The notes: generated by a model from the sequence alone, not told the origin. Positions 1 through 16,930 are shown, counted from the first letter of the stretch. The stretch: DNA of 64,000 nt from the human T2T-CHM13v2.0 reference genome, Homo sapiens (GCF_009914755.1 NC_060932.1), one strand, 5' to 3'. Made by a program: numbers and translations.

Positions 1-1185
<1,185 letters not shown>

Positions 1186-1417
1186 TATATGTCAAGGGGT
1201 GGGTGTTCGATCTGGCCTTGGGAAGGGGATGGTCACATAGATCACATATTCCAGTGTTCCTGTGTTGGCCAGATATCTATCAGGTCCTATGATGTGGCTT
1301 CCGTGTTTCTCATCATTCCAAATCTGAGCATTCTGTCACAACCACTTTTGATGAGTGTGGTTTCATCAGAGGAGAGAATGCGGAGGAGGAGGAGAACTCC
1401 CGCCTCCTCCGAGGAAG

Positions 1418-1435
1418 CAGCGCCCCTTAGTGGTC
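1418..1435 (-). promoter_or_regulatory. CTCF-like motif
   Basis: Minus strand GACCACTAAGGGGCGCTG, one core mismatch. Confidence 0.5.
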
Positions 1436-1899
1436 TGTCTCTCACACGGCAATGTGCGCTTGCTCTCTTCAGGGCCAAGCTATACCAATGGGGTTGAAAC
1501 CCTAAAATTCTAGAGATTTAAAGGGTTAAGATCTAAAGAGCCGCCAGGTAACTTGAGAAATTGTGCTCCAAGCATCTTGTTTACAGACATGGAACCAGAG
1601 GCCCAGAGAGCTGTCAACCCGAGCACCTTCCCTAGGAGGCTTTAGCAGGGGTGCTGAGACCAGACCCAGACCAAGTCAGCTAAGCCCCAGGAGAGTTCCA
1701 AATCTGCTCAGAAAGTACAATTGTAAATTGCATATGTATGCAATCAGGAGTGGTTAGGACGCATCTGCCTTTTTCCCAGGAAACACAACGTTTTTACATT
1801 GAAAAGTGTAATTTCATTTAATCTATTTTCTAGGATGTAAAATTATTCTGTCAACCACAGTGTGCTAACTTCATCCCTTTCCTTTTCTTTTGCTTACTT

Positions 1900-2081
1900 T
1901 ATTATTATTATTGTTATTACATATATTTTTTAAGACAGAGTTTCACTCTTGTTGCCCAGGCTGGAGTGCAGTGATGCAATCTCGGCTCACTGAAACCTCC
2001 ACCTCCTGGCTTCAAGCCATTCTCCTGCCTCAGCTTCCTGAGTAGCTGGGATTACAGGCGTGCGTCACCACGCTCAGCTAA

Positions 2082-2134
<53 letters not shown>

Positions 2135-2238
2135 TTTTAGTAGACATGGGGTTTCACCATGTTGGTCAGGCTGGTCTCTAACTCCTGACCTCAAGTGATT
2201 GACCTGCCTCGGCCTCCCAAAGTGCTGGGATTACAAGC
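1900..2238 (-). mobile_element. AluS containing (TG)24 in its middle linker
   Basis: Alu dimer; TG repeat at 2084-2131. Confidence 0.9.
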
Positions 2239-2736
2239 ATGAGCCACTGCACCTGGCCTTCTTTTGCTTAATTTATTATTAATCATCATCATTAACAGCC
2301 TGTTTGAGAGTATGAAACAGTTTACTTGGAGGAGCTCAAAGCTTCTCATAGCTTTCTCTAATGAAGAAGGCTATGCAGGGCAGTCCTGTGTATTCAGCAA
2401 AGAAGGAAATTCAGTCTGGGAGGGAGAAGCATTCCATGAGACCAGGTTACATGACTAACTTGCCCTTTCCATCACCCGCTTGAGTTGGGAGTGACTCAAT
2501 CCCTCCAACAACTTCCTGTGCTTGGAGCCCATTTGGGGTCCAGTTCAGGGTGATGTCACTCAGTGCCTCCCCTGCTTTGAAGTGGGACCAGGATCAGTAC
2601 AACTCAAGCAGCCTGGGAAGGTCCTAGTCATAATAATAATAAAAAAAGTGTGCTTTCCTCTCCTGGGGATTAACATATCTGAAATCTTGCAATTAGAAAT
2701 TAGTTCCTTTGAGTGAACTACCAATACATGCAACAC

Positions 2737-3057
2737 TGTTTTAGTCCATTTTCTGTTGCTATAACAGAATACCACAGACTTGGTAATTTAAAATGAACAG
2801 AAATATATTTGACTCATGGTTCTGGAGGCTGGGAAGTCCAAGGGCATGGCACTTGGAAGGGAGAGCAAGCAAGAGAGCAAGAGGGGGCCAGAGTCCCCTT
2901 TACAAAAAGCCCACTCTTGAAATAACATTAATTCATTCATGAGGACAGAGCTGTCATGACCTAGTCACCTCTTATCAGACCCCAACACCCAGCTCTGATG
3001 CACTGGGGGTTAAGTTTCCAACACATGAACTCTGGCGGACACATTCAAACCATAGCA
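2737..3057 (-). mobile_element. MaLR LTR (MST/MLT1A-like)
   Basis: tgttttagtccatttt...gctataacagaataccacagact...acattcaaaccatagca. Confidence 0.7.
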
Positions 3058-3059
3058 AA

Positions 3060-3420
3060 CAGTATGGTTGAATCTCAAACATATCAGGATGCCTGCCCCC
3101 AACTCTGACATGCACAAAAAAGCCAGCCACAAAAAGGAGACATACTGTATGATCCAGTCATAACTCTAGAAAACTCTAGAAAAGTCTAAACTAAACAGCA
3201 GGGACTGAAAGCAGATCACTGGTGGCCTGAGGCTGGAGGTGGGTGAGGTGGCCTGGGAAGGAGCATGAGGAAGCTTTCTGTAGTGATGGAAATGGCCTAT
3301 TCCTTGATTGTGGTGGTGTTTATATTAGCATATGTGTTTGTCCCAAACTCATGAAACTGAACACTTAAAATGGGTGACTTTATTTTAGGTAAATTACTCC
3401 ATAATAAAGTTGATTTTAAA
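3060..3420 (+). mobile_element. Old L1M 3' end
   Basis: aaaaagccag...catactgtatgat...gaactgaacacttaaaatgggtg...aataaagttgatttt. Confidence 0.6.
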
Positions 3421-3448
3421 AATTAGTCCCTTGGGTGCCCCTTTTCTA

Positions 3449-4000
<552 letters not shown>

Positions 4001-4289
4001 TTAGAGTATAGTAGCTGGAGCAACACTGCCTGGGTTTGAATCGCAGCTCCACCACTTACTAACCATAACTGAGCAAGTTATTTAACTTCACTGGGCCTCA
4101 GTTTTCTCACCTGTAAAATAGGGAGGGACCTCATAGGATTCTTGTAAGGCTGAAATGAATGTATGCGTGTGAAGTGCTCAGAGCCCAATGCCTGGCAGAC
4201 AGCAAGTGCCACTCAGTTTGAAACTAATTTACATGGACGTGACTTGTTAGCTTCAAATTGACAGCTTTTTTCTAGTTATGATTCTTTAA

Positions 4290-6340
<2,051 letters not shown>

Positions 6341-6384
6341 TTTTCCACCAAGCATCTAGAATGCCATCATACCTCCCTGTCTAC

Positions 6385-6385
<1 letters not shown>

Positions 6386-6427
<42 letters not shown>

Positions 6428-6440
6428 TGTTTGTGTTTTG
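6386..6440. repeat. (TG)n microsatellite
   Basis: About 19 pure GT units followed by tttgtg variants. Confidence 0.95.
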
Positions 6441-7524
6441 TGGGGTGGGAGTAGGAGAAAGAAGGACAACATTCGGAAGGAAGGGAGGGTACTAGGAATG
6501 AATAACACTTGATGTAGTCTTCAAGGGGCTTCTTATATTCTGATTTGAGAGAGACGATCTCATATTCAATAACAAGAAAAAGCAATGTGAGATTCATTGC
6601 AAATGCCTGGCACCCTGCAGCAAGCAGAGATCTGAGGGATTGGAGATGGTGGTAGGGGCTGCATGGAGTCTGGAGGGGGCGCCCATGTGCAGGAGGAGGA
6701 AATTGAGGTGAGAGGAGGAATGACCTGGAAAGAAGAGCAAAGCATTCCAGACTGGAGTAGGTGCTGGGTGGCATGAGAGAGTCACAGACCAGGGAGGCCA
6801 GCTTAATCCTTCCTCCTGCAGGAGCCCCAGGACATCTGGGAATGGGGCAGGTAGGGAGGGGCTACAGCGGATGGACCCTGGCAATTTGAACTATGCTCGG
6901 AACATGGGGTGACAGATTCTGAAGACAAGCTGGGCCAATATTCTCATTTTGCTGCTTCTCCTAACTTCCCTTTTGCCCCCTCCACATGGAAAGTCTCCTG
7001 CTGAGAGAAAAGGGAGACTTTCACCTAGCACAGTCATGCAGAGGGGAAAAAAAGCTGATTCAAATCTCATTCCCAGACACCTGGCTTCTGCCAGCTCTGA
7101 CCACCTTGTCTCAAAGATGCAGCTGAAAGAGGGAAGGGGGAGCACCAGACAAAAATGGGAGCTTTTCTGCAGAGAGATGGGCTGGCGCTTGGCAAGGCCC
7201 ACGCTCCGGGCTGCAGCCCAGCACAGCCTCACTGGTCTCCCAGAAAGCATATGAGATGCCTGCTCAGGGCGCTCAGGGTTGGCTGAGGACACAGCCTGAC
7301 TGCTCTGTTCCAGTCACTGGTATTTATGAGCCTCCTGTGAGCCCAGACCCAGGTCTGCACCACAGGGGAGGCGGGAAAGGTACAAATTCTGCTCTGCCCG
7401 CCAGCCCCCTGCACTCCAGGAGGTGCCCATGGTGGGCAGAGGATGAGATGTTCAGAGGAAGCCATGGTTCAGGAAAAAGAGCCCCCAGACCTCAATAGCG
7501 TTAGCAGCAAAATAGGACGAACAC

Positions 7525-7875
7525 GTCTCTGGACTGAATTATGTCCCTTCAAAATTCGCATTAAAGCGGTAACTCCCAATGAGATGTTATTTGGACATGA
7601 GGTCTTGGGGAGGTAATTAGGGTTAGATGAGGTCATGAGGAAGGGCCCTCAGGATTTTATTTTATTAGTGGCTTTCTATGAAGAGGCAGAGAGAGAAATC
7701 ACTCTTTCTGTTTGCCAGGAAAGGTCCAGTGAAAAGATGGGTCTATGAACCAGGAACCAAATTGGCCAGCATCTTGACCTTGAACTTCCCAGCCTCCAGA
7801 ACCATGAGAAATGTCTGTTGTTTATGCCACCCAGTCTGGTGTTTTGTCATAGCAGCTGAGCTGACTGAGACAAAC
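7525..7875 (+). mobile_element. MLT1-type MaLR LTR
   Basis: ggactgaattatgtccc...ttagatgaggtcatgagg...gaacttcccagcctccagaaccatgagaaa...gactgagaca. Confidence 0.75.
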
Positions 7876-9485
7876 ATATGAGTGGTGTTCCCTTCCCAGC
7901 CTTCCAGCCACAGCTGGCTGTGACCAACACTGGGACACTGGAGACTTTGCTTCTCTGTTCACCCCCTCCACAGTTTACCTTCCTGCTCTGGGCCAGCGGT
8001 TGTTCTAGAAGTATGGTTGGGGACCACTGGGAGTTACCAAGACCCTTTCAGGGGGTCCACTGGATCAAACTATTTTTAAAATAAAACTAAGACCTTATTT
8101 GCCCTTTTAATTTCATTTTTTTAGAGCTGGTGATATGTCAGGAGCAGCTGGAGCCACTTCCTCCAAACTGACCAAGACTTATCATTGGGGAGAGCTCCAG
8201 GGACATCAGGCAACTTGGATTCCAGTCTTAGATTTCCCCTCAGGAAATGGGGCATTGACTTAGATAACAAAGCCTCCTCCTCACTGTAAAAATGGCATTG
8301 TCCCATTTTCCCTGAATCTTGGTGTTCTTTTTCATAGATTGAGATATAATTTTATATCCCCTACATATCTCACAAAGCTGTTAAGGAAGCCAAATAAATT
8401 AAATGTGAATGTTCTCTAACAAGAGAACATTGTTCCGTCATTATTAGGTGTAATTATTAAGAGAGGCGCAATGCAAGGAGAATCAGGAAATGAATATCCC
8501 TGCCATCCCAAACCACTGACTTGAAGTGAATTCCTCTCCAGCCTGTGACTCACGCCTCACCAACATGGGCTAAAACCTGCCTGTGTGAGAGTGAGGGACC
8601 CTGGGATCTGCCCACCCACAGGTCTTAAGCCAGCCTCTGCTCTGGCAGGGTGTAAACACCCAGAGTAGACAAACACCAGAGGAAGAGCCCTGGATGTAGA
8701 CACCCAGGGGAACTACTATCCACGGGAATAAATTGGTCCCATTACCCCATCCCTGTGGCCCCTCCAACAGTGGAGCTGCAATGAGAGGTGGAGGAAAACT
8801 TCACCTTTCTTGTCTCTTCCACTTTGTAGAGTTCACCCAGTATCTCTGTATTTCTGCTATAAAATGACTACTTTTGGCAGTGATTATGCTGCAAAGGTCA
8901 CATTGTCTTTTCAGCAGGGCAGTTCAGGTTGGAACTAAACTGGGTTGCGCAGCCACTGGGTGGTGACATTGTTTCTCTGCAGGTGACCTCCAACTCCAAT
9001 CATGGGATGCCCAGACCTGCCCAGACCTTGGCTGGGCTCTGAGGCAAACCTTCCAGACGGGATGACCGAGGCTGCAGTTGAGGCCTGAGTCAGGAAAGAT
9101 GGAGCAGGAGATAAAGTCCTGGGCTGGAAAAGAATGAATGTCACAACTCTCTCCATTTTACAGACAGTGGCTCCGAAGGGCTTTCATCACACGCATCATC
9201 TTGGAGCCCCTCGACCTCTCTGTGAGGCAGGTATGACAGGAGTTCTTACTCACATTTTATAGGATTGGAAACTGAAGTCCAGAGAAGTGACATGGCTTGC
9301 TGAAGGCCACATTTGAAGTGACAGAGGCAGGGCTTGGCTGGGCCTTCTGACTCCAGGCCACAGCCAGGGCTTTCTGAGTGCAAGCTCCTTTCATCAGATG
9401 CTTACTACAAATGATCCAGGGCGCTGGGCCATGGGGACACGGAAATAAAGATTACGTGGGGTCCCTGTTCTTAAAGAACTCAGCA

Positions 9486-9781
9486 GGCCGGGCACGGTGG
9501 CTCACTCCTATAATCTCTGTGCTTTGAGAGGCCAAGGTGGGAGAACTGCTTGAGCCCAGGAGTTAGAGACCAGCCTGGGCAACATAATGAGACCCTGTCT
9601 TTACAAAAAATGAAGAACTTAGCTGGGTGTGGTGGCATGCACCTGTAGTCCCAGCCACTTGAGAGACCTAGGCGGGAGAATTGATTGAGCCGGGAGTTTG
9701 AGGCTGCAGTGAGCTATGATTGCATCACTGCACTCCAGCCTGGGTGACAGAGCAAGACTCTGCCTCTAAAGAAAAAAAAGG
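9486..9781 (+). mobile_element. AluJ-like
   Basis: Diverged dimer with gcttgagcccaggag and gaggctgcagtgagctatgat. Confidence 0.85.
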
Positions 9782-9919
9782 AAAGCTCATAGTCTTGGAG
9801 GTGGGACAGAGGGCAGGGTGACAAGTATATAAACAGACACTTCCAATGACAAATTCGATAAAAAGATGCCATGCGAGCAGAGAGAAGGACCTGAACTCAG
9901 TCAAGCAAGACTTCCAGTT

Positions 9920-10260
9920 GGGGGTTGACGTGTGTTCCCCCAAAAGTTATGTTGAAGTCCTAACTCTGGGAGCTCTGAATGTGACGTTGTTTGAAACTGA
10001 GTCTTTGCAAACGCAGTAAATTTAAGATGAAGTCATCAGGGCAGGTCCCTATCCAATATGACAGGTGTCCTTATAAGAAGAGGAAAATGCCACGTGAAGA
10101 CCGAGGCAGAGATAAAAGTGACACAGCTGCAGGCCAAGGACCATTGAGGATCGCTGGTCACCGCCAGAAACCAGGAAGGGGCAAGGAAGGATTCTGCAAG
10201 GTCTCAGAGGGAGCGTCGCCCTGCGGACTCCTCAACTTGACTTCCAGCCTGCACAACTGT
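9920..10260 (+). mobile_element. MLT1 LTR fragment
   Basis: gttgaagtcctaact...gaatgtgac...ggcaaggaaggattct...gtctcagagggagc. Confidence 0.65.
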
Positions 10261-10672
10261 GTCTGTGCTTTTCCACATTGTAGGCCCTGCCTTCGTGCTG
10301 TTAATTCTGCCCACCGCGTTTTCCTGTACGGTCCCCTCTGAAAGCTCCACAGCCTTTCCTATTGAGCTCAAGTGTCCCCTGCTCTTGGTAAGTATATTCG
10401 CCTCCTAGGGCCCTCATGACAAAGCACCACAAACTGGGTGGCCTCAATAGCAGACACTTATGCTCTCACAGTTGTGCCCCTAACACAGGAGAAGCTAGAT
10501 ACCTCTGGTGTTTCAGCTTAACGCTTACAGCTAATTGCAGTCATTCAGGTTTTACAGCTCACAGCCTCAGATCCTATTAACTTTGTCTGTGATTCAGCTT
10601 ATGTTGTAAATGTAGCCAGTCGCATAGAAACTGCCACAATTAAAAGTACACTAGACCCAGAACTGCTTAATT

Positions 10673-10976
<304 letters not shown>

Positions 10977-10984
10977 GCTTAATT

Positions 10985-11915
10985 TATTTTTAAGACTTCA
11001 ACAAGTTATTCGTTCTCATGCAGCTCCTTTTCATATTTCTCATATTTGCTCTCACACACAACTTCCTGGACCCCTATCTCTAGGTAATGAGAAAGCAGAC
11101 AAACTGATTGGTTCTGTGTTTCGGCAAGCTCAAGCATCTCATGCACTTCTGCACCAAAATACTTCCACCCTTACTCGCATGTTCCATTTATCTCATAGCC
11201 AAGCTAGGGCTATAATACAAGCCTGTCCTACTTGCCAGCATGTCCCTGGAACTATACCTGTAGAAGGCTGTAACCCACGAAGTTTGGCTCCAAATGAAAT
11301 TTGGCAAATGGATGTTGCACACATAGCAACCTTTGGTAAGCTTAGCTACGTTCATGTGACTATAGACACTTATTCTCATATGCTGCATGCTACATGCCAA
11401 ACAGGTGAGACAGCTGGTCATGTATGGCCACATTGTCTGTCATCATTTGCTCACATGGGGATACCTAAACAATTAAAAACTGACAATGGACCCACTTATA
11501 CTAGTCATGCTTTTCAAAATTTCTTACAGCTTTGGGCTATAACCCATAAAACAGGAATTCCTTATAATCCTAGAGGACAAGGCATTATAGAGCAGGCACA
11601 TCAAACATTACAACGCATATTGAAAAAACAAAAAGGGGGTATAGGAGACCAACTACCACCTCAATCAAAACTACATTTAGCCTTACTTTAAATTTTCTGA
11701 CTCCTGGTATGGAAGGTAAAGACTCCAGCAGAAAGACATTGGCAAGTGTTAGAGGAAAAGAGGAAAGTTTATCCGAAAGTGTTACGGAAATCCCCGGAAG
11801 AAGGCCAATGGAAAGGTCCAGTGGATTTACTAATGTGGGGAAGAGGGTATACTTGTGTTTTTGCAGGAGATGGATGAACTGTGTGGGTGCCCTCAAGGTG
11901 CGTGCGACCATGGAA
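10985..11915 (+). pseudogene. HML-6 pol remnant: RNase H C-terminus plus integrase
   Basis: ORF 10957-11691 contains H-x3-H...CPTC, WQMDV, KTDNG and GIIE. The C-terminal domain (WKGPVDLLMWGRGY...VWVP) follows after frameshifts near 11690 and 11730 and has an in-frame TGA. Confidence 0.9.
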
Positions 11916-13000
11916 TGGGAGACTGGAGGAACCCAGGGTGGCCAACCATGGACCCGGTCCCGGTATGAGCCATGAGTCAGCTGAGCCTGAATGCAAAGAC
12001 GGAGAGAAGGCCGACCGGAGTCACAACACAGTTCTAAGGTTACATTTGTAAAGAATATCATCACTCAATTTACAGTTTGTGTTTTTAATCCTTATGTCTT
12101 TTTGGCAGCTAAGAAGGACCAGCTCCAGGTAAACAATACCCAATTGACCTGTAAATCTTGCCAGTTATATCACTGCACTAATCATAGCACATTGCAAACA
12201 CATAATATCTCTACTGTGATGATTTTAGGTGGTATCCCTGGGCTAGGGATTCCTGTTAATCTGTCTGAGCCTTGGGCTGCCACACCTGCTTTGCATTTTG
12301 TGAAACTTCTAACTCAGCTGACTCATCGTGCCCGTAGAGCCTTAGGCATGATAATTTTTGCTACTGTTTACTTGGTCATGCTAGTAACTTCTGTTGTGAT
12401 ATCTTCTGTAGCTTTGCATAATTCTATTCAAATAGCTCAGTACGTGGAGAACTGGACGCGCACAGCTGACCAAGCGTGGCGACTTCAGAATAAAATTAAC
12501 ACTGAGCTACAAACTGAAGTGGCAATGCTGAAATCCACGGTTCTGTGGTTAGGGGCACAAGTACAAAGCTTGCAGTTGCAGCAGTAATTGCGCTGTCATT
12601 TTAATCACACTCATATTTGTGTAACCAACTTAGAATACAACCAAAGTGAGTATCCGTGGGACCTTGTGAAAGCCCATTTGCAGGGAGCGTTCACATCCAA
12701 CATCACCTTTGATATTGGTGAATTACAAAACAAAATTCTTGATTTAAATAGGCAAACTCAAGAATTTCAGCCTTCTTTAGAAGACGGGACCAAATTCCAG
12801 CAAGGCCTGGAGAGCCTCAACCCTTGGACCTATCTAAGGCACCACATTAACATCTTATATGTAGTTCTTGGAATAATGTTGTTTCGTCTCTGTCTTCTGT
12901 TTATAGTCTGTAAAATCGGATGGACTGCCAATCGGAGAATGAGAGCTGCCCAGCCTGGCCTTACATTTTTTCAATTAATTCATAAACAGAAAGGGGGATA
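11870..13000 (+). pseudogene. HML-6 env remnant with large SU deletion
   Basis: Leader MDELCGCPQGACDHG... with TGA at 11966; ORFs 11991-12587 and 12588-13061 give a furin site RARR, fusion peptide, heptad, CHFNHTHIC loop and TM helix, split by one TAA. Confidence 0.88.
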
Positions 13001-13432
13001 TGCAGGGAGCCGAAGGCCCATGGGATGTGACCAACGCAGCATTCCACTGGAGGCTATATGATCCAACAGCAAACTGTTTATCATGAATGCAGGATGTGAG
13101 AAAACTGACGACTGCTCCTGCCGACAGAAGGTTTGCTGGAGGCAATCACTCCCTGGCGCTGAGGTTATCTACTGCAACATTTAGCCTGTTGTTCGAGGAA
13201 TGCAGTCTTGCAAGCCTGCTCTAGACTGAGCAGCTGACCCCTTCTTCCACCCCGCTTCTCACTATCTCTTTTGCCTAATAAATAAGGAGGGCTGTATAAA
13301 GCTCAGGGCCCTTGTCCACTAGGGGCAAGGTACCCCCTGACCCCTTCTTCAAAATATACTCTTTTGTCTCTTGTCTTTTATTCCCGTGTTTGCCCCGCTT
13401 TGTTCAGTCCCCCTAGGTCCGTGCAGGTTACA
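13001..13432 (+). mobile_element. LTR3 (HML-6 3' LTR), complete
   Basis: 432 bp, TG...CA termini, follows the PPT; begins tgcagggagccgaaggccc as in the LTR3 family; AATAAATA at 13277. Confidence 0.87.
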
Positions 13433-14390
<958 letters not shown>

Positions 14391-14545
14391 GTACAGAATG
14401 GAGCCAGGCTGCCTGCGTTCAAATCCCAGCCCCACCACTGGCTAGTTCGGTACCTTGGGCAAGTTGTGTGCCTTTTCCACATCTGTTTCTCCACCTGTAA
14501 AGTGACGGTAATCAAAGCACCTCCTCATGGTGTCATTTTGGGGAC

Positions 14546-14917
14546 TGACATGGTTAGGCTTTGTGTCCCCACCCAAATCTCATCTTGAATTATAATCCCC
14601 ACAATCCCCACATGTCAAGGGGGAGACCAGGTGGGGGTAATTGAATCATGAGAGTGGTTTCCCCTGTGCTGTTCTCGTGATAGTGTTCTCAGGAGATCTG
14701 ATGGTTTTATAAGTGTTTGGTAGTTCCTTCTGCATTAATTCTCTCTCCTGCCACCTGCCAAGGTGTCTTGGTTCCCCCTCTTCACCTTCCGCCGTGATTG
14801 TAAGTTTCCTGACGCCTCCCCAGCCATGCTGATCTGTGAGTCAATTAAACCTCTTTCCTTTATCAATTACCCCGTCTTGGGAAGTTCTTTATAGCAGTGT
14901 GAAAACGAACTAATACA
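14546..14917 (+). mobile_element. THE1/MST solo LTR inserted in a MIR
   Basis: tgacatggttaggctttgtgtccccacccaaatctcatcttgaat...aactaataca; 5-bp TSD gggac/gggat. Confidence 0.85.
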
Positions 14918-16930
14918 GGGATTATGTAAGCTAACAAAGAGCTAGAACAGTGCCTGGCGTGTAATAAGCTATCTTTCTGTTATGATGACGGTTCTGCACA
15001 AGAAGCACCTTCTTTCCCTCTAATAAAGCAAGGAGGTGGTGCCATCTTTCCTGCCCCCATCCCTGGGGCCAGACTGTGGAGTTTAGCATGCTCTCTCAGT
15101 TCTCAGCCTGGTCATTCCCCCTCGCTTTAAGGATCCTGCCTTGTTCATTCATTCCACAGATATTTATTGAATGTCTACCGCCTATCAGATCCTGTGCCTG
15201 GGGATACAACATGAAAACACACAGACAAAAGCCCCCTGCCCCCTGGCTCATGTTCTAGTAGGGTAATAGGGAGAGTCGTACATAGAACGTAATGAAAACA
15301 GAGTGTACTAGATCTAAGGTCATAAGCATCATGGGGGAAAGTGAAGCAGGGTGAGGGGGATGGAAAGTCCTGAGAGGGCCCTGAGGCCAGGGTGGCTGGA
15401 GCGGAGTCTCGGAGAAATGAGGACTGCGGTCAGAGAGGTGTGGAGTGGGAGGCCACGGTGCAGGGCTGTCTAGGCCATTATAAAGACTTCAGTTCTTCCT
15501 GAGTCAAATACAGAGCCGAGTGGAGAGCTTTTGCCTAACAACTTCAAGGTCTGAATCACAGCTTATCAGGCTGCCGTGCTGAAAACAGCCTGGGTTGGGT
15601 TGGGGTGGGGTAACCAATCAACCTCCCTGGCCCTGAATTGAGGGGCTCACTGGGATGTGAGGTCACCCTAAAACAAGGAAATCAGTTTTATCTTTTCTCC
15701 TCCTTTCATAAATAATCTGTGTCCCCATAACGTCCATTTTAATGTATTTGAATCAAAATATGCACATCCTCATAGGACATACAGTGCCGTATGCCCTACA
15801 TTAACATAATGGCATTATACAACAATTCTCATGTCTTGCTTTCAGTATTCAACACTATTTTTAAGAGCCACCCGCTTGCTGTTCATAGTTCTAGGTCTGT
15901 CTCTCATGGCTATACAGTATTCCATGGTACGCACCTGCCGCCTTTGACTTGTCCAAGACCTTGCTTGCCTCCATCAACACAGTCACTCAGAATCATTACC
16001 AAGGAATCCTTCCGTAAGTCCATTCATGGACCCAGGTAGAAATCTCTCCGGAGAGCCACGCGCAAGTGGCTCTCTGAATCAAAGGGCACACACGCTGCTA
16101 ACTTTTAAGCTGCCAGCTTCCCTTCTGGGGTACGCATTGCAGTTTGCACCACCACCAGCAATATTGAAGTCCAGGCCCCGCATCACTGCCAGCACTTGAA
16201 GTCTGGCAATTCTGAGGGGCATAAGGTAGTGGGTCTTAATTTACATTTGCATTTCTTCAGCTTAGTTTATCTCTTGTTCACCATTTGGGTTTCCCCTGCT
16301 GTGAATCACCTATTAATATCCATGGCCGGTTTTTTCTTTTGGATTTCCTTTTTCTTGTTGTTTTGCATGAAACTTTGTACATTTTAATCCCTTTTCAATT
16401 TCAGTCACTGCAAATACCTTCTTAGTCTGCCATCTGTTAGCTTTGATGAACAGAAAGTCTTACTTTAGATGTAGTCAAATCCATCCTTTCCCCCTTACAT
16501 TTGGTGCTTCTTGTGAGGTTTAAAAAGTGACTTTTAAGGACAACTTAGAATGAAAAACAATCTGAAGCTATGTTTAGAATAAAATAAATATGCAGGAATT
16601 ATTTTCTGTAAGCAGGGCTTCAGAAAATATCAATCTCACTTTGCCTCTATTATTACTACCTAATTCTGGGATTTCTTTTTCCTTTCTGTCAAGGCTGAAC
16701 AGGTTGCGAAAAAAGGAAACCACTTGAGGTAAACTTGGTTTTCCTAAGTTTTTCTAAATAAAGCTTTAAAATGCAACACTCCCTTAACAAACTCTGGTGG
16801 AGGGAAGTGAACAGAGAACTGAGACTCAGAGGCCTGGGTTCCATCCCGCCCTTCACGGCACATTGCATATGGTTTTAAAACCACACACAACTCTGCACAT
16901 CTGGAAAGAACAGCAAAAATTGAGAATAAA

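Noticed and set aside
11870-12030. Possible ERVK3-1/Rec-like protein or HERV-K-MEL epitope
   Set aside because: The leader has TGA at codon 33, and the segment that would encode the MLAV(I/V)SCA region is absent beyond the ~12026 deletion
13313-13330. CTCF-like ccactaggggcaag in LTR3
   Set aside because: Core spacing is one base short of the consensus
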